Notes: generated from the letters alone by a model not told the origin. DNA of 64,000 nt from Phormidesmis sp. (GCA_965248535.1 CBDFJR010000005.1:2048001-2112000), one strand, 5' to 3'; positions 30,235 to 40,954 are shown, counted from the stretch's first letter. Program-made: numbers and translations.

Positions 30235-31473
30235 ATGCCATTCGGTCTCTTAAAATTTGCTCTGTCAAAAAATCATCCCGAACCGCGAATGTTTCGTCAA
30301 CCCGATCGTTTAAAGTCAAACTACGACGCGGTGATCATTGGCGGTGGTGGGCATGGATTGGCAGCCGCTTATTATTTGGCACGCGATTATGACATGAAAA
30401 ATATCGCCGTGCTAGAAAGAGGCTATATCGGCGGAGGCAACACAGGACGCAACACAACGATTATTCGATCGAACTATCTCACGCCCGAAGGAGTGAAATT
30501 CTATGATGAATCAGTGCGACTATGGCAAGATTTATCACAAGACTTCGATTTAAACCTGTTCTACTCCAATCGCGGGCACTTCACGCTAGCGCATACAGAT
30601 TCATCAGTGAGAACAATGCGATGGCGGGCAGAAGTCAACAAGCATTTTGGCATCGATAGTGAGCTGGTTGATGCGGCTGACGTGCAAAAAGCCTGCCCAA
30701 TGATGGACATGGACTGTGGCGGTCATCCCATTTTGGGGGCACTTTATCACGCTCCGGGCAGCATTGCTCGTCACGATGTGGTGGCGTGGGGCTATGGTCG
30801 TGGGGCTGATTTGCGCGGGGTCGAGATTCATCAACAAACCGAAGTGTTAGGGATTCAGATTGAGTCCGATCGGGTCACGGGCGTTGAGACTTCGCACGGC
30901 ACAATTTCGACCCCTCGCGTGCTTTGCGCGGTTGCCGGATTTACACCCCGAATTTTAGAGAAAGTGGGGTTACGATCGCCCCTCTCGATTCACCCTCTGC
31001 AAGCGATGGTTAGCGAGCCGATGAAGCCCTGGCTTGACCCGATTATTGTCTCTGGCAGTCTGCACGTCTATGTCAGCCAAACAGCGCGGGGAGAACTCGT
31101 GATGGGTGCCTCGCTTGACCCCTATGCACTGCATTCCACGCGATCGACGCTCGACTTTGCCGAAGGACTGGCCGCCCACATGCTAGAGCTATTTCCGTTT
31201 TTGTCCCCTGTCAAAGTGGTGCGGCAGTGGGCAGGCATGGCAGACATGACTCCTGATTTTGCGCCGATTATGGGCAAAACGGCGATCGGGGGATTCTATC
31301 TAGATGCAGGCTGGGGCACTTGGGGGTTTAAAGCAACGCCTGTCTGCGGTAAAACGATGGCCTATACCGTGGCCCACGATCGCAATCATGATCTGATTCA
31401 AGATTTTGGGCTGTCTCGATTTGAGAAGTATGAACGAGTGGGTGAAAAAGGCGCAGCGTCAGTAGGGCACTAA
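30235..31473 (+). CDS. mgdA: N-methylglutamate dehydrogenase subunit A (SoxB-like, FAD)
   Basis: IIGGGGHGLAAAYYLA, GNTGRNTTIIRSNY, GWGTWGFKATP, EKGAASVGH; clustered with gmaS/mgs. Confidence 0.87.
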   Translation: MPFGLLKFALSKNHPEPRMFRQPDRLKSNYDAVIIGGGGHGLAAAYYLARDYDMKNIAVLERGYIGGGNTGRNTTIIRSNYLTPEGVKFYDESVRLWQDLSQDFDLNLFYSNRGHFTLAHTDSSVRTMRWRAEVNKHFGIDSELVDAADVQKACPMMDMDCGGHPILGALYHAPGSIARHDVVAWGYGRGADLRGVEIHQQTEVLGIQIESDRVTGVETSHGTISTPRVLCAVAGFTPRILEKVGLRSPLSIHPLQAMVSEPMKPWLDPIIVSGSLHVYVSQTARGELVMGASLDPYALHSTRSTLDFAEGLAAHMLELFPFLSPVKVVRQWAGMADMTPDFAPIMGKTAIGGFYLDAGWGTWGFKATPVCGKTMAYTVAHDRNHDLIQDFGLSRFEKYERVGEKGAASVGH

Positions 31474-31475
31474 CC

Positions 31476-31733
31476 ATGAAACTTATGACTTGTCCGGTTA
31501 ACGGTTCACGATCGATTTCAGAGTTTATTTATGGGGGAGAGTTGCGATCGATGCCTGACCCAAACATGGTGACAGATGAGGTTTGGGCAGATTATGTGTT
31601 TCATCGCAACAACACTCCAGGAATTAAATGTGAATGGTGGTGTCATGTGCCCAGCAACACTTGGTTTATCGCTGAACGTGACACGCTAACCGATGATATT
31701 TCATGCACATATCTGTGGGGTGAGGTGATATGA
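31476..31733 (+). CDS. mgdB: N-methylglutamate dehydrogenase subunit B (SoxD-like)
   Basis: MTCPVNGSRSISEFIYGGE...EWWCH...WFIAERDT. Confidence 0.85.
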   Translation: MKLMTCPVNGSRSISEFIYGGELRSMPDPNMVTDEVWADYVFHRNNTPGIKCEWWCHVPSNTWFIAERDTLTDDISCTYLWGEVI

Positions 31734-34663
31734 ATCAACGCAGACTGCCGCCGATCTCAGGAGAATGGATTGATCGCCGCTGCCCGATCGAGTTCACCTT
31801 TGAAGGCACTCGCTTTAGGGGATATGTGGGAGACACGATCGCCAGTGCGCTGTGGGCATCGGGTCAGCAGATTTTAGGACGCAGTTTTAAATACCACCGT
31901 CCGCGTGGGGTTTTGAGTTTTGCTAATCATGATATAAATTCCCTCATGCAGTCTGGGCAGAGGTTGAATATCCGGGCAGATGTCACACCGTTAGAAGACG
32001 GAATGACGCTCTCGGCAATCAATACCTTTGGCGGAGTGATGAGCGATCGGGCAAGTGTCCTTGATCTTTTATCTCCGTTTCTTCCGGTTGGTTTCTACTA
32101 CAAGGCGTTTAAAAACAAGCGGTTATTCCCTGTTTGGGAGCGCTTGATTCGCACCATGACAGGACTCGGACAAGTAGACTTCTCAACACCTCATAATCGG
32201 ACGGCAAAACGCTATGATTTTTGTGATCTCTTAATCGTAGGAGCAGGAGTATCAGGACTCTCAGCGGCTCTCTCAGCGGCAGATCGGGGGGCAGACGTGG
32301 TAGTGGTCGATGAGAATGCGAGAGCAGGTGGATCGGGTCACTATCAATTGGGAAATGACACACTCCGACTTGAGAGAACAAACGACTTATTAAACGCTGT
32401 TGATAATCATTCGAGAATTCGGCTCTATACCCAAACGCAAGCAGCAGGCTACTACGCCGATCGCTGGATTCCATTATTGGATTGCGATCGCTTAACTAAA
32501 CTTCGAGCAAAAGCAGTGATTGTGGCAACGGGAGCCTATGAACAACCTGCCGTGTTTCATAATAATGATTTGCCAGGTGTCATGCTGGCGAGTGCCGCGC
32601 AACGACTCATTTATCGCTATGCGGTCAGGCCGATGAATCGAGTTGTTGTCTTGACGGCTAATGCTGATGGCTATCGAGCGGTCATGGACTTGATAGCTCA
32701 TGGAGTCACGATCGCTGCCGTGGTTGATCTTAGAGAGAGTTCGTTGAACAGTGAGATGGCCCGATCGCTAGACCAAACCAACATTCCGATTTTCTTGGGA
32801 TGCTGCGTCTATGAGGCGAGGGCCAATCCAGGTCGAGATGGCGTATCGGCGGCGGTCATTTGCCCGATCGACGTGAACGGTAACCCGCAAACTGGATTTA
32901 GGCAAACGATCGCGTGTGACGGCATTGTGATGAGTGTAGGCTGGGCACCTGCGGCAAACTTGCTCTATCAGGCAGGCACTAAGATGCGGTTTGATCGGCG
33001 ATTGCAGCAGTTTGTTCCAGAGGTTTTGCCGTCTGGCGTGTTTGCCTGTGGTCGGGTGAATGGCGTGTTTGAGTTTGATCAAAAGCTAATAGATGGTCAG
33101 CGATCGGGGCTAGAAGCCGCCGCTTACTTGGGATTGGCAGAGCGCATTGAGGTCACAATCTCGCCCGAACCAGAATCGCCGTCCCATCCGTGGGCGATCG
33201 TTGAACATCCGGCCGGAAAGAATTTTGTAGACTTCGATGAAGACTTGCAGTACAAAGATTTTGTTAACGCTGCTCAAGAAGGATTTGATAACATTGAGTT
33301 GCTCAAACGATATACAACCGTTGGAATGGGAGCGAGTCAAGGAAAACACTCCAATATGAATGCGCTGAGAATCTTAGCGCGCATCACTGGAAAAACTCCC
33401 GGCGAAGTGGGAACAACGACATCACGGCCATTTTTTCATCCAGTTCCGCTTTCGCACTTAGCAGGGCGAGGCTTTACGCCTGAGCGACGCACCCCACTAC
33501 ACAGCCGTCACGCTAGACTGAATGCTAAATTTATGCGGGCAGGAATGTGGCAACGACCGGACTATTATGCCCGATCGGGTAAAAGTCGCGAAGAGTGCAT
33601 TCGGCTCGAAGTTCAGGCAGTCAGGCAGCAGGTGGGGATCATAGATGTTGGCACGTTGGGTAAATTTGAGATTCGGGGAGCAGATGCGGCAGAGTTTTTA
33701 GAGCGAGTTTATGCCGGACGCTATCGCACGATGAAAGTCGGCACTACGCGCTATGCTCTAATGCTGGATGAAACAGGGGTGACGATCGACGATGGCATCA
33801 TCGCTCGGCTCGGAGCAGAGCATTTTTATTTCACCACGACGACCTCAGGCGCTGCAACTATCTATCGGGAGTTGTCTCGACTAAATACGCTGTGGCGATT
33901 AGACTGCGGAATTGTGAATTTAACAGGGGCACGATCGGCGATCAACCTTGCCGGACAATATTCGCGTGATCTGTTGTCTAAAGTGATGGACTTGGATCTC
34001 TCTAGCGTTTCATTTCCTTATCTCGCTGTTCGTGAAACTCATATTCAAGAGATTCCAGTGCTGTTAATGCGAGTTGGCTTTGTAGGTGAGTGGGGCTATG
34101 AGATTCACGTTCCGGCATATTATGCTCTAGCGTTGTGGGATCTGTTAATGAAATCAGGACTTGACTATCAGATTTGTCCGTTTGGCGTAGAAGCGCAGCG
34201 TCTTTTGCGACTCGAAAAAGGACACCTGATTATCGGTCAAGACACTGACGGGTTGACGACTCCATTTGAGGCAGGGCTAGAGTGGGCGGTGAAGATGGAC
34301 AAACCTTTTTTCATCGGTCAGCGCAGTTTACAGGTTCTGTCAAAGCGCCCCGTTAAACAAACCTTAATCGGCTTCTTGCTCGATCCAAATTTTCAAGGAA
34401 CGCCACCGCAGGAGTGTCATTTAATCATTGATCGGGGTGAGATGGCAGGCCGCGTCACGAGCGTTGCCTTTAGTCCCAGTCTTAACCGCTATATCGGACT
34501 CGCTTACGTGAACCTAGAATTAGCAACGATCGGCGATCGCGTCTCGATTCGACTATCAGATGGCACGATCGTCGCCGCAACCGTTGCCCCAACTCCATTC
34601 TACGATCCCGATCATTTACGTCAGCGAGAAGACCTGTTTCAGCGTCAAGAGGTGGCGGTATGA
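31730..34663 (+). CDS. mgdC: N-methylglutamate dehydrogenase subunit C (SoxA-like, GcvT/THF-binding C-terminus)
   Basis: GRSFKYHRPRG, VGAGVSG, KRYTTVGMGASQGK, DVGTLGK, LRLEKGH. Confidence 0.87.
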   Translation: MNQRRLPPISGEWIDRRCPIEFTFEGTRFRGYVGDTIASALWASGQQILGRSFKYHRPRGVLSFANHDINSLMQSGQRLNIRADVTPLEDGMTLSAINTFGGVMSDRASVLDLLSPFLPVGFYYKAFKNKRLFPVWERLIRTMTGLGQVDFSTPHNRTAKRYDFCDLLIVGAGVSGLSAALSAADRGADVVVVDENARAGGSGHYQLGNDTLRLERTNDLLNAVDNHSRIRLYTQTQAAGYYADRWIPLLDCDRLTKLRAKAVIVATGAYEQPAVFHNNDLPGVMLASAAQRLIYRYAVRPMNRVVVLTANADGYRAVMDLIAHGVTIAAVVDLRESSLNSEMARSLDQTNIPIFLGCCVYEARANPGRDGVSAAVICPIDVNGNPQTGFRQTIACDGIVMSVGWAPAANLLYQAGTKMRFDRRLQQFVPEVLPSGVFACGRVNGVFEFDQKLIDGQRSGLEAAAYLGLAERIEVTISPEPESPSHPWAIVEHPAGKNFVDFDEDLQYKDFVNAAQEGFDNIELLKRYTTVGMGASQGKHSNMNALRILARITGKTPGEVGTTTSRPFFHPVPLSHLAGRGFTPERRTPLHSRHARLNAKFMRAGMWQRPDYYARSGKSREECIRLEVQAVRQQVGIIDVGTLGKFEIRGADAAEFLERVYAGRYRTMKVGTTRYALMLDETGVTIDDGIIARLGAEHFYFTTTTSGAATIYRELSRLNTLWRLDCGIVNLTGARSAINLAGQYSRDLLSKVMDLDLSSVSFPYLAVRETHIQEIPVLLMRVGFVGEWGYEIHVPAYYALALWDLLMKSGLDYQICPFGVEAQRLLRLEKGHLIIGQDTDGLTTPFEAGLEWAVKMDKPFFIGQRSLQVLSKRPVKQTLIGFLLDPNFQGTPPQECHLIIDRGEMAGRVTSVAFSPSLNRYIGLAYVNLELATIGDRVSIRLSDGTIVAATVAPTPFYDPDHLRQREDLFQRQEVAV

Positions 34664-35313
34664 TGCGCCATAGCCCCAATCACGATCAGCTTCAAGCCCT
34701 CAACGGCACTTGGCGCACCATTAACGGAATGCCCTCCCTCGTTTCTATTCTTGGAGATGAGCAGACTGTAGCGCAGTTGAGCATCGCTGATCTGTCATTT
34801 CTCACCCGATTTGGAGTCAAAGGAGCTGGGGCCGCCGCTTGGCTTGAGAGTCAGAATCTTGAGGTGCCCGATCGGGCCAATACCTGGAAATTTCTCGCAG
34901 ATGGCTCAATGATCGCCCGTCTCGGCCTAACAGAATTCTTGATCGAAGATAGCCTCCACAGCAGTTTTGCGCTGCGATTGGCTGAGGCGTGTCAGTCAGT
35001 TCCGGCGCAGGTGTATCCAGTGTTGCGACAAGATGCCGCGATCGTGCTGTGCGGTACAGCGATTCCAGATCTGCTGCGGCAAACTTGTAGCGTTGACGTT
35101 CAAGCGTTCTCTCTTGCAGAACAGCCAGTGATTTTAACCTTGATGGTGGGCGTTAGCGTGACCATGATTCCGATCGCGTCTGATCGCTATCGAATCTGGT
35201 GTGATGGCACATTTGGATCGTATTTGTGGGAGACATTGGTCACGATCGTGCAAGAGTTGGGCGGGGGAGTGGTCGGTGCCGATCGCTTAATCTCAACTCA
35301 GACTATTTTTTAG
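34660..35313 (+). CDS. mgdD: N-methylglutamate dehydrogenase subunit D (SoxG-like)
   Basis: ADLSFLTRFGVKG, ARLGLTEFLIED, YRIWCDGTFGSYLW; ATGA coupling to mgdC. Confidence 0.78.
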   Translation: MMRHSPNHDQLQALNGTWRTINGMPSLVSILGDEQTVAQLSIADLSFLTRFGVKGAGAAAWLESQNLEVPDRANTWKFLADGSMIARLGLTEFLIEDSLHSSFALRLAEACQSVPAQVYPVLRQDAAIVLCGTAIPDLLRQTCSVDVQAFSLAEQPVILTLMVGVSVTMIPIASDRYRIWCDGTFGSYLWETLVTIVQELGGGVVGADRLISTQTIF

Positions 35314-35325
35314 TAGAGGACAGTC

Positions 35326-36654
35326 ATGACACCAGCAGAAGCGACTCAATTTCTAGCCGAGCATCAGATCAAATTTGTTCTAGCGCAGTTTGTCGATATC
35401 CACGGAGCCGCCAAAACCAAAGCCGTTCCTGCCTCACACTTTGAGGATATTTTGTGCCCCGGTGCAGGCTTTGCGGGGTTTGCCGTCTGGGGCTTGGGCA
35501 TGAAGCCTAACAGTCCTGATTTTATGGCGGTGGGCGATTTGTCAACGCTCGCGATCGTGCCCTGGATGCCCGGATTTGCCCGCATTGTCTGCGTTGGTTA
35601 TGTCCACGGCAAGCCCTACGCCTACGACACCCGCTTTATCTTACAGCAGCAGATCGAACGCCTGACCCAAAAAGGCTGGGTGCTTAACACCGGAGTCGAG
35701 CCAGAATTTGTGCTGCTTCGCAAAGATGACCAGGGCAAGATTCAGCCCTACGACCCGACCGATACCCTCGATAAACCTTGCTATGACTATAAAGGACTAT
35801 CTCGCAGTTTGACCTTTATTGAGAAGCTGGTGACGAGTCTGCAAGCGGCTGATTTTGATGTCTATCAGATCGATCACGAAGACGCAAACGGTCAATTTGA
35901 AATTAACTACACCTACACAGATTGTTTAACGACCGCCGATCGCTTCATCTATTTCAAAATGGCAGCGTCAGAAATCGCGAAGGAACTGGGGCTAATTTGC
36001 TCGTTTATGCCCAAACCGTTTGCCAATCGCACAGGCACCGGAATGCACATGCACCTGTCACTGTGGGAAGGTGACACGAATATCTTTGCAGATGACACCG
36101 ACCCACGAGATTTAGGACTGTCAAAACTGGCCTATCATTTCATGGCAGGGCTGCTTGCTCACGCTCCCGCCCTAACCGCGATCTGTGCGCCGACGGTGAA
36201 TTCTTATAAACGGTTGGTGGTGGGTCGATCGCTGAGTGGCTCAACCTGGGCACCTGCCTATATTAGTTACGGCGATAACAACCGTTCGAGTATGGTGCGT
36301 GTTCCTGGCGGCCGCTTAGAGTTGCGTCTGGCAGATGGCTCTTGTAACCCATATCTGGCAACGGCGGCCGCGATCGCCGCAGGGCTAGACGGCATCGAAA
36401 AACAACTCGATCCGGGTGAACCGTGGAATGTGAATCTCTATGATTTCTCAAATGCAGAACTGAATGAAAAAGGAATTCAGACCCTCCCACAAAGTTTAAA
36501 AGAAGCGATCGATGCGCTTGCTGCTGATAACGTGATTAAAAATGCGTTGGGCGTTTTGGCTGATGAATTTATTAACCTCAAGCAGATGGAATGGGTCGAA
36601 TATATGCGACACGTTTCTGAATGGGAAGTTCAACGTTATCTAGAATTTTTCTAA
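35326..36654 (+). CDS. gmaS: Gamma-glutamylmethylamide synthetase (GlnT/GS-like)
   Basis: [47 protein letters not shown]; flanked by mgd and mgs. Confidence 0.87.
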   Translation: MTPAEATQFLAEHQIKFVLAQFVDIHGAAKTKAVPASHFEDILCPGAGFAGFAVWGLGMKPNSPDFMAVGDLSTLAIVPWMPGFARIVCVGYVHGKPYAYDTRFILQQQIERLTQKGWVLNTGVEPEFVLLRKDDQGKIQPYDPTDTLDKPCYDYKGLSRSLTFIEKLVTSLQAADFDVYQIDHEDANGQFEINYTYTDCLTTADRFIYFKMAASEIAKELGLICSFMPKPFANRTGTGMHMHLSLWEGDTNIFADDTDPRDLGLSKLAYHFMAGLLAHAPALTAICAPTVNSYKRLVVGRSLSGSTWAPAYISYGDNNRSSMVRVPGGRLELRLADGSCNPYLATAAAIAAGLDGIEKQLDPGEPWNVNLYDFSNAELNEKGIQTLPQSLKEAIDALAADNVIKNALGVLADEFINLKQMEWVEYMRHVSEWEVQRYLEFF

Positions 36655-36659
36655 ATACT

Positions 36660-37556
36660 ATGTGTGGAATTGTTGGACTGCTGGTTAAAAAGCCTGAACT
36701 ACGCAAATCACTCGGCGCAATGATGGTGCCGATGCTGATCGGGATGAGCGATCGTGGCCCCGACTCCGCCGGACTCGCGATCTTTACAGAACTGCTAGAC
36801 GAAGGTCACCGCAAATACAGCCTCTATTCGGGTGATCAAGAATTTAATTGGTCAGAATTGCTCTATAAATTTCAATCTCACTTTGAAGGAGATACGGAAA
36901 TTGACAGTCAAGGGAATCACGCTATCTTGATTGCTAATGCCGATCCAAACTCAGCCAAACAATGGATTAAGCAACACTATCCACACCTATATATTTTGTC
37001 TACAGGCCGAGCCATTAATCTCTATAAAGACATCGGCACGCCTCAGCAGGTCAGCGATCGCTATCACTTCAAATCGCTCCAAGGCTCTCACTTGGTCGGT
37101 CACACGCGCATGGCTACCGAGTCGGCCGTGACAGCCGCCCACGCGCACCCGTTTACGGCGGGCGAAGATTTTTGTCTGGTTCACAACGGTTCGCTCTCAA
37201 ACCCCTACGAGATTCGCCGCAAACTTGAGCCGCAGGGCATCCAGTTTGAAACCGACAACGACACCGAAGCTGCCTGTCGCTTTTTAGAGTGGCGAATGCG
37301 GGAAGGAGATGACCTTGAAACTGCCCTTCAGAAAGGCTTTGAGGAGTTAGACGGCTTCTACACATTTCTCATGGGAACGGCGGATAAACTCGCCCTAGTG
37401 CGGGATGCCTTTGCCTGCAAACCCGCGATCGTAGCCGAGACCGATGACTATGTAGCGATCGCATCAGAGTTCCGATCGCTGGCTCATCTGCCCGATGTCA
37501 ATCACGCCCATCTCTACGAACCTGCACCAGAGGAACTGTATGTATGGACAGTGTAA
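36660..37556 (+). CDS. mgsA: N-methylglutamate synthase subunit A (class II GATase, GlxB-like)
   Basis: MCGIVG, RGPDSAG, GHTRMATESAV, HNGSLSN, NDTE. Confidence 0.88.
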   Translation: MCGIVGLLVKKPELRKSLGAMMVPMLIGMSDRGPDSAGLAIFTELLDEGHRKYSLYSGDQEFNWSELLYKFQSHFEGDTEIDSQGNHAILIANADPNSAKQWIKQHYPHLYILSTGRAINLYKDIGTPQQVSDRYHFKSLQGSHLVGHTRMATESAVTAAHAHPFTAGEDFCLVHNGSLSNPYEIRRKLEPQGIQFETDNDTEAACRFLEWRMREGDDLETALQKGFEELDGFYTFLMGTADKLALVRDAFACKPAIVAETDDYVAIASEFRSLAHLPDVNHAHLYEPAPEELYVWTV

Positions 37557-38224
37557 TCTTTGACTTGTCACAAACGTCTCTACGCGAGGTGAATCAGTTT
37601 CTTCATCACCATGCAAATGGTCAGTCAATCAAGATTATTAACCCTAATGGGGCACATAATATTGCAGTTGGACTTAATTTGCCGATCGCAGTTGAGATTG
37701 CTGGACATGTTGGTTATTATGCTGCGGGAATGAATCAGTTAGCAACCGTGACGATTGACGGCAATGCAGGCACAGGCGTTGCAGAAAATATGATGTCTGG
37801 ACGGGTTCATGTCAAAGGCTTTGCATCTGTCTCAGCCGGGGCTTCGGCCCAGGGAGGGTTGCTCATCATCGACGGCAACGCCAGCCTGCGCTGTGGCATT
37901 TCACTAAAAGGCGGCGATATTGTAGTGGGGGGCAATGTGGGCAGTTTTTCGGCCTTCATGGCCCAAGCCGGACGAATTGTGATTTGTGGAGATGCGGCTG
38001 ACGCGATCGGAGATTCTCTCTATGAAGCGGTGATCTATCTGCGCGGCAACGCAAAATCTCTGGGAGCAGATGCCCAATTTGAGCCGATGTCAGACACCGA
38101 TTATCAGGCGGTCGGTGAGCTACTCGCCAAAGCCGGGTTGTCTCACGACCCCCAAGATTTTAGGCGCATTGCCTCTGCCAAGCGGCTCTATCACTGGAAC
38201 GCCGACGCTAATCAGGAGTATTAA
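37544..38224 (+). CDS. mgsB: N-methylglutamate synthase subunit B (GXGXG/GlxC-like)
   Basis: GYYAAGMN, GVAENMMSG, RCGISLKG, SAFMAQAG, GDSLYEA. Confidence 0.88.
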   Translation: MDSVIFDLSQTSLREVNQFLHHHANGQSIKIINPNGAHNIAVGLNLPIAVEIAGHVGYYAAGMNQLATVTIDGNAGTGVAENMMSGRVHVKGFASVSAGASAQGGLLIIDGNASLRCGISLKGGDIVVGGNVGSFSAFMAQAGRIVICGDAADAIGDSLYEAVIYLRGNAKSLGADAQFEPMSDTDYQAVGELLAKAGLSHDPQDFRRIASAKRLYHWNADANQEY

Positions 38225-38226
38225 CC

Positions 38227-39597
38227 ATGAATCAATCTGAATCGGGTCAATCGTTCTCGCTTGAGGAATCGGCAGGCTACGATCGCCGCATTCTCAACTA
38301 CATTCAAAACGCCGCCGCTCATGGACTGTATGAAATTCGGGGGCTAGGTGCCAAACGTCGATTGCCTCACTTTGATGATTTGGTGTTTCTCGGTTCGTCA
38401 CTGAGTCGCTATCCTCTCGAAGGCTATCGCGAAAAATGCACGACCAAGACAATTCTGGGTACTCGCTTTGCTCAAAAACCGATCGAGCTAGAGATGCCGA
38501 TCACGATCGCGGGCATGAGTTTTGGATCACTCTCCGCCAACGTTAAAGAAGCTCTCGGACTCGCCGCCACCCAAGCCGGAACTTCGACGACAACGGGCGA
38601 TGGCGGCATGACTTCAGAAGAACGGCTGTCGTCTAAAACGCTGATTTATCAATGCCTCCCGTCTCGCTATGGGTTTAACCCAGATGATGTTAGGAGGGCA
38701 GACGCGATCGAGATTGTGATCGGTCAAGGCGCAAAACCGGGCGGCGGCGGAATGCTATTGGGACAAAAAATAAATCCTAGAGTGGCAGAAATGCGAACGC
38801 TACCGGAAGGCATTGATCAACGATCGGCCTGTCGGCATCCTGATTGGACAGGGCCCGACGATCTCACCATCAAAATCCAAGAACTGCGAGAACTCACCGA
38901 TTGGGAAAAACCCATCTACGTCAAAATCGGCGCATCGCGGACGTTTAATGATGTCAAACTTGCCGTTCATGCTGGGGCAGATGTGATCGTCTTGGATGGA
39001 ATGCAGGGGGGCACTGCCGCAACTCAGAATGTGTTTATCGAGCATGTCGGCATTCCGACGCTGGCGGCCCTCCGGTTAGCGGTGGAGGCGCTCGAAGAGT
39101 TAGACATGAAAGGAACCGTGCAGTTGATTGTGTCGGGCGGCATTCGCACCGGGGCAGATGTGGCAAAAGCGCTGGCCATGGGGGCTGATGCGGTGTCGAT
39201 CGGGCAGGCCGTTTTGATGGCGATGGGCTGCAATAGTGAAACTTATATTCAACATGATATACATCACTCAGCGATCGCAGACTACAACGCTTTAGGAACT
39301 GCACCCGGATACTGTCATCATTGCCATACAGGTCAATGTCCAGTCGGAATCACTACACAGGATACAATCCTAGAAAAACGCCTAGAAACTCAAGTTGGAG
39401 CACGACGAGTCAAGAACTATCTACAAACCCTGACGATGGAATTAACCACGATCGCTCGTGCGTGCGGCAAGCAAAACGTTCATCACTTAGAACGCGAAGA
39501 TTTAGTTGCTCTCACTCTAGAAGCAGCAGCGATGGCGCGGCTCCCCCTTGCTGGAACAAACTGGATTCCGGGTTGGACATCAGGGGCAAATTTTTAA
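38227..39597 (+). CDS. mgsC: N-methylglutamate synthase subunit C (FMN/Fe-S, GlxD-like)
   Basis: PHFDDLVFLGSSLSRYPLEGYRE, GQGAKPGGGG, CHHCHTGQCPVGITTQ. Confidence 0.9.
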   Translation: MNQSESGQSFSLEESAGYDRRILNYIQNAAAHGLYEIRGLGAKRRLPHFDDLVFLGSSLSRYPLEGYREKCTTKTILGTRFAQKPIELEMPITIAGMSFGSLSANVKEALGLAATQAGTSTTTGDGGMTSEERLSSKTLIYQCLPSRYGFNPDDVRRADAIEIVIGQGAKPGGGGMLLGQKINPRVAEMRTLPEGIDQRSACRHPDWTGPDDLTIKIQELRELTDWEKPIYVKIGASRTFNDVKLAVHAGADVIVLDGMQGGTAATQNVFIEHVGIPTLAALRLAVEALEELDMKGTVQLIVSGGIRTGADVAKALAMGADAVSIGQAVLMAMGCNSETYIQHDIHHSAIADYNALGTAPGYCHHCHTGQCPVGITTQDTILEKRLETQVGARRVKNYLQTLTMELTTIARACGKQNVHHLEREDLVALTLEAAAMARLPLAGTNWIPGWTSGANF

Positions 39598-39651
39598 TAT
39601 TATGTATTCATTCATCCAATCGTTGTAACCTAACTCACCCATGTTTTGACT

Positions 39652-40170
39652 ATGACCTACTTTGAACAGACTGCTAATCTTCCACTCCTCTCATCATCGA
39701 CCTACACAATGTTAACGGCGCTGTTAAACTTTGTGTGTGCGACGACTGACTGGGAATATGGCGAATCCTGGATTCCTAATGAAGCTCTCAACACGCTAGA
39801 GTTAAGCCCTGCCTGGTGTTTAAACAATCAAATGGAGGTTCATCGAGCGATCGCGTGGTCGCAGTTTCAGTTGTGCAGTCAGGCCTTTGTGTTAAACCAA
39901 AATGAAGGCTTGCCTGGGCGGGTTTGGGCCTCTCAAAAACCAGAATGGATGCCTGATGCATCTACTCCGTCAGAAACCTATTTTTTGCGCCATCAAATCG
40001 CTCAAGCCTTTAGCGTCAAAGCAGGATTTGGAGTGCCTATTTTGGTCGATTCTAAAGTGTTAGCGGTGTTGGTTTTTTTCATGTCTGTAGCGCGATCTGA
40101 AAACCCCGATCTGATTCAGCGCACTCAAGCGGCGATCGCAGAATTCAGACAATCCTCTCCCTACGAGTAG
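39652..40170 (+). CDS. Stand-alone GAF domain protein
   Basis: WEYGESWIP, GLPGRVW, AGFGVPI...VLAVLVFF. Confidence 0.8.
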   Translation: MTYFEQTANLPLLSSSTYTMLTALLNFVCATTDWEYGESWIPNEALNTLELSPAWCLNNQMEVHRAIAWSQFQLCSQAFVLNQNEGLPGRVWASQKPEWMPDASTPSETYFLRHQIAQAFSVKAGFGVPILVDSKVLAVLVFFMSVARSENPDLIQRTQAAIAEFRQSSPYE

Positions 40171-40199
40171 GATAGAAGAGCAGACCACTGGAGAATCTC

Positions 40200-40418
40200 A
40201 TGGCGGGCTATCAAAAAATCGAGTATCGCATCGGCAAAGATGGCAAAGTTGTTGAAACAGTCCTCAACGGGTCGGGCCCAACCTGCGCCGATTTGACACT
40301 AGAAATCGAACACGCGATCGGGACTGTTGAATCACAAAAACGACTGCCGGAGTATGACGAAGGCAACGAATTATTAATCCTAGAGGAGGCTCAAACGCTG
40401 CATCAAGGTGAAGTTTGA
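40200..40418 (+). CDS. DUF2997-like small protein
   Basis: IEYRIGKDGKVVETV...G.TC...IE.AIG.V. Confidence 0.7.
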   Translation: MAGYQKIEYRIGKDGKVVETVLNGSGPTCADLTLEIEHAIGTVESQKRLPEYDEGNELLILEEAQTLHQGEV

Positions 40419-40954
40419 TGACAGATTTTAACCTAATTAGCTTCGGGATTATTCTCACCATTGGGTGCAGTGCTCTGATCTTAAGTTGGCTGGGCGAAGG
40501 CTCCGATCGGGCCAAATCTCCTTCAAAACATGAACTAACTATTGTCGAACTGCAACAGCAATGTCAACGACTCCGCCAAGAATTAAAATCACAAAAATCT
40601 CAACTCACTTCAGATCTTAGCAACGCTAGCTTTAAGCAATTGCAAACGCTACTCACAAACTATCCGACCGCCTCTAAAATGGCCCAGACAAAGCCCGATC
40701 TGCCTGCCCGCAACCTAATTGCTCTCTTTACGCCCTTAGAAAATCTGCTGCAAACCTGGGGCATTGAAGCGATCGGATCTCCCTGGCAGCAGGTGACTTA
40801 CGATCCGCAACTCCATCAGCCTGATGCCGACGATATCGCCGTTGGAGAGAGCGTTTATATCCGATTTGTCGGCTATCGATCTAGGACAGATTCGCACCAA
40901 ATTCTCTGCCCCGCAAAAGTCAGTCGCACCCTTCCCGCCACGATTTCTGAGTGA
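40418..40954 (+). CDS. GrpE-like protein with N-terminal TM helix
   Basis: TM helix, coiled coil, GIEAIG...YDPQLHQ...GYR...ILCPAKV. Confidence 0.7.
   Translation: MTDFNLISFGIILTIGCSALILSWLGEGSDRAKSPSKHELTIVELQQQCQRLRQELKSQKSQLTSDLSNASFKQLQTLLTNYPTASKMAQTKPDLPARNLIALFTPLENLLQTWGIEAIGSPWQQVTYDPQLHQPDADDIAVGESVYIRFVGYRSRTDSHQILCPAKVSRTLPATISE

Noticed and set aside
30235..36654. Plain sarcosine oxidase plus housekeeping glutamine synthetase
   Set aside because: Coupling to the three mgs-type genes and the GlnT-type sequence favour the NMG pathway.
39634..39647. NtcA-like GTA-N8-CAC before the GAF gene
   Set aside because: One mismatch and only a few nt from the start codon; chance match is likely.
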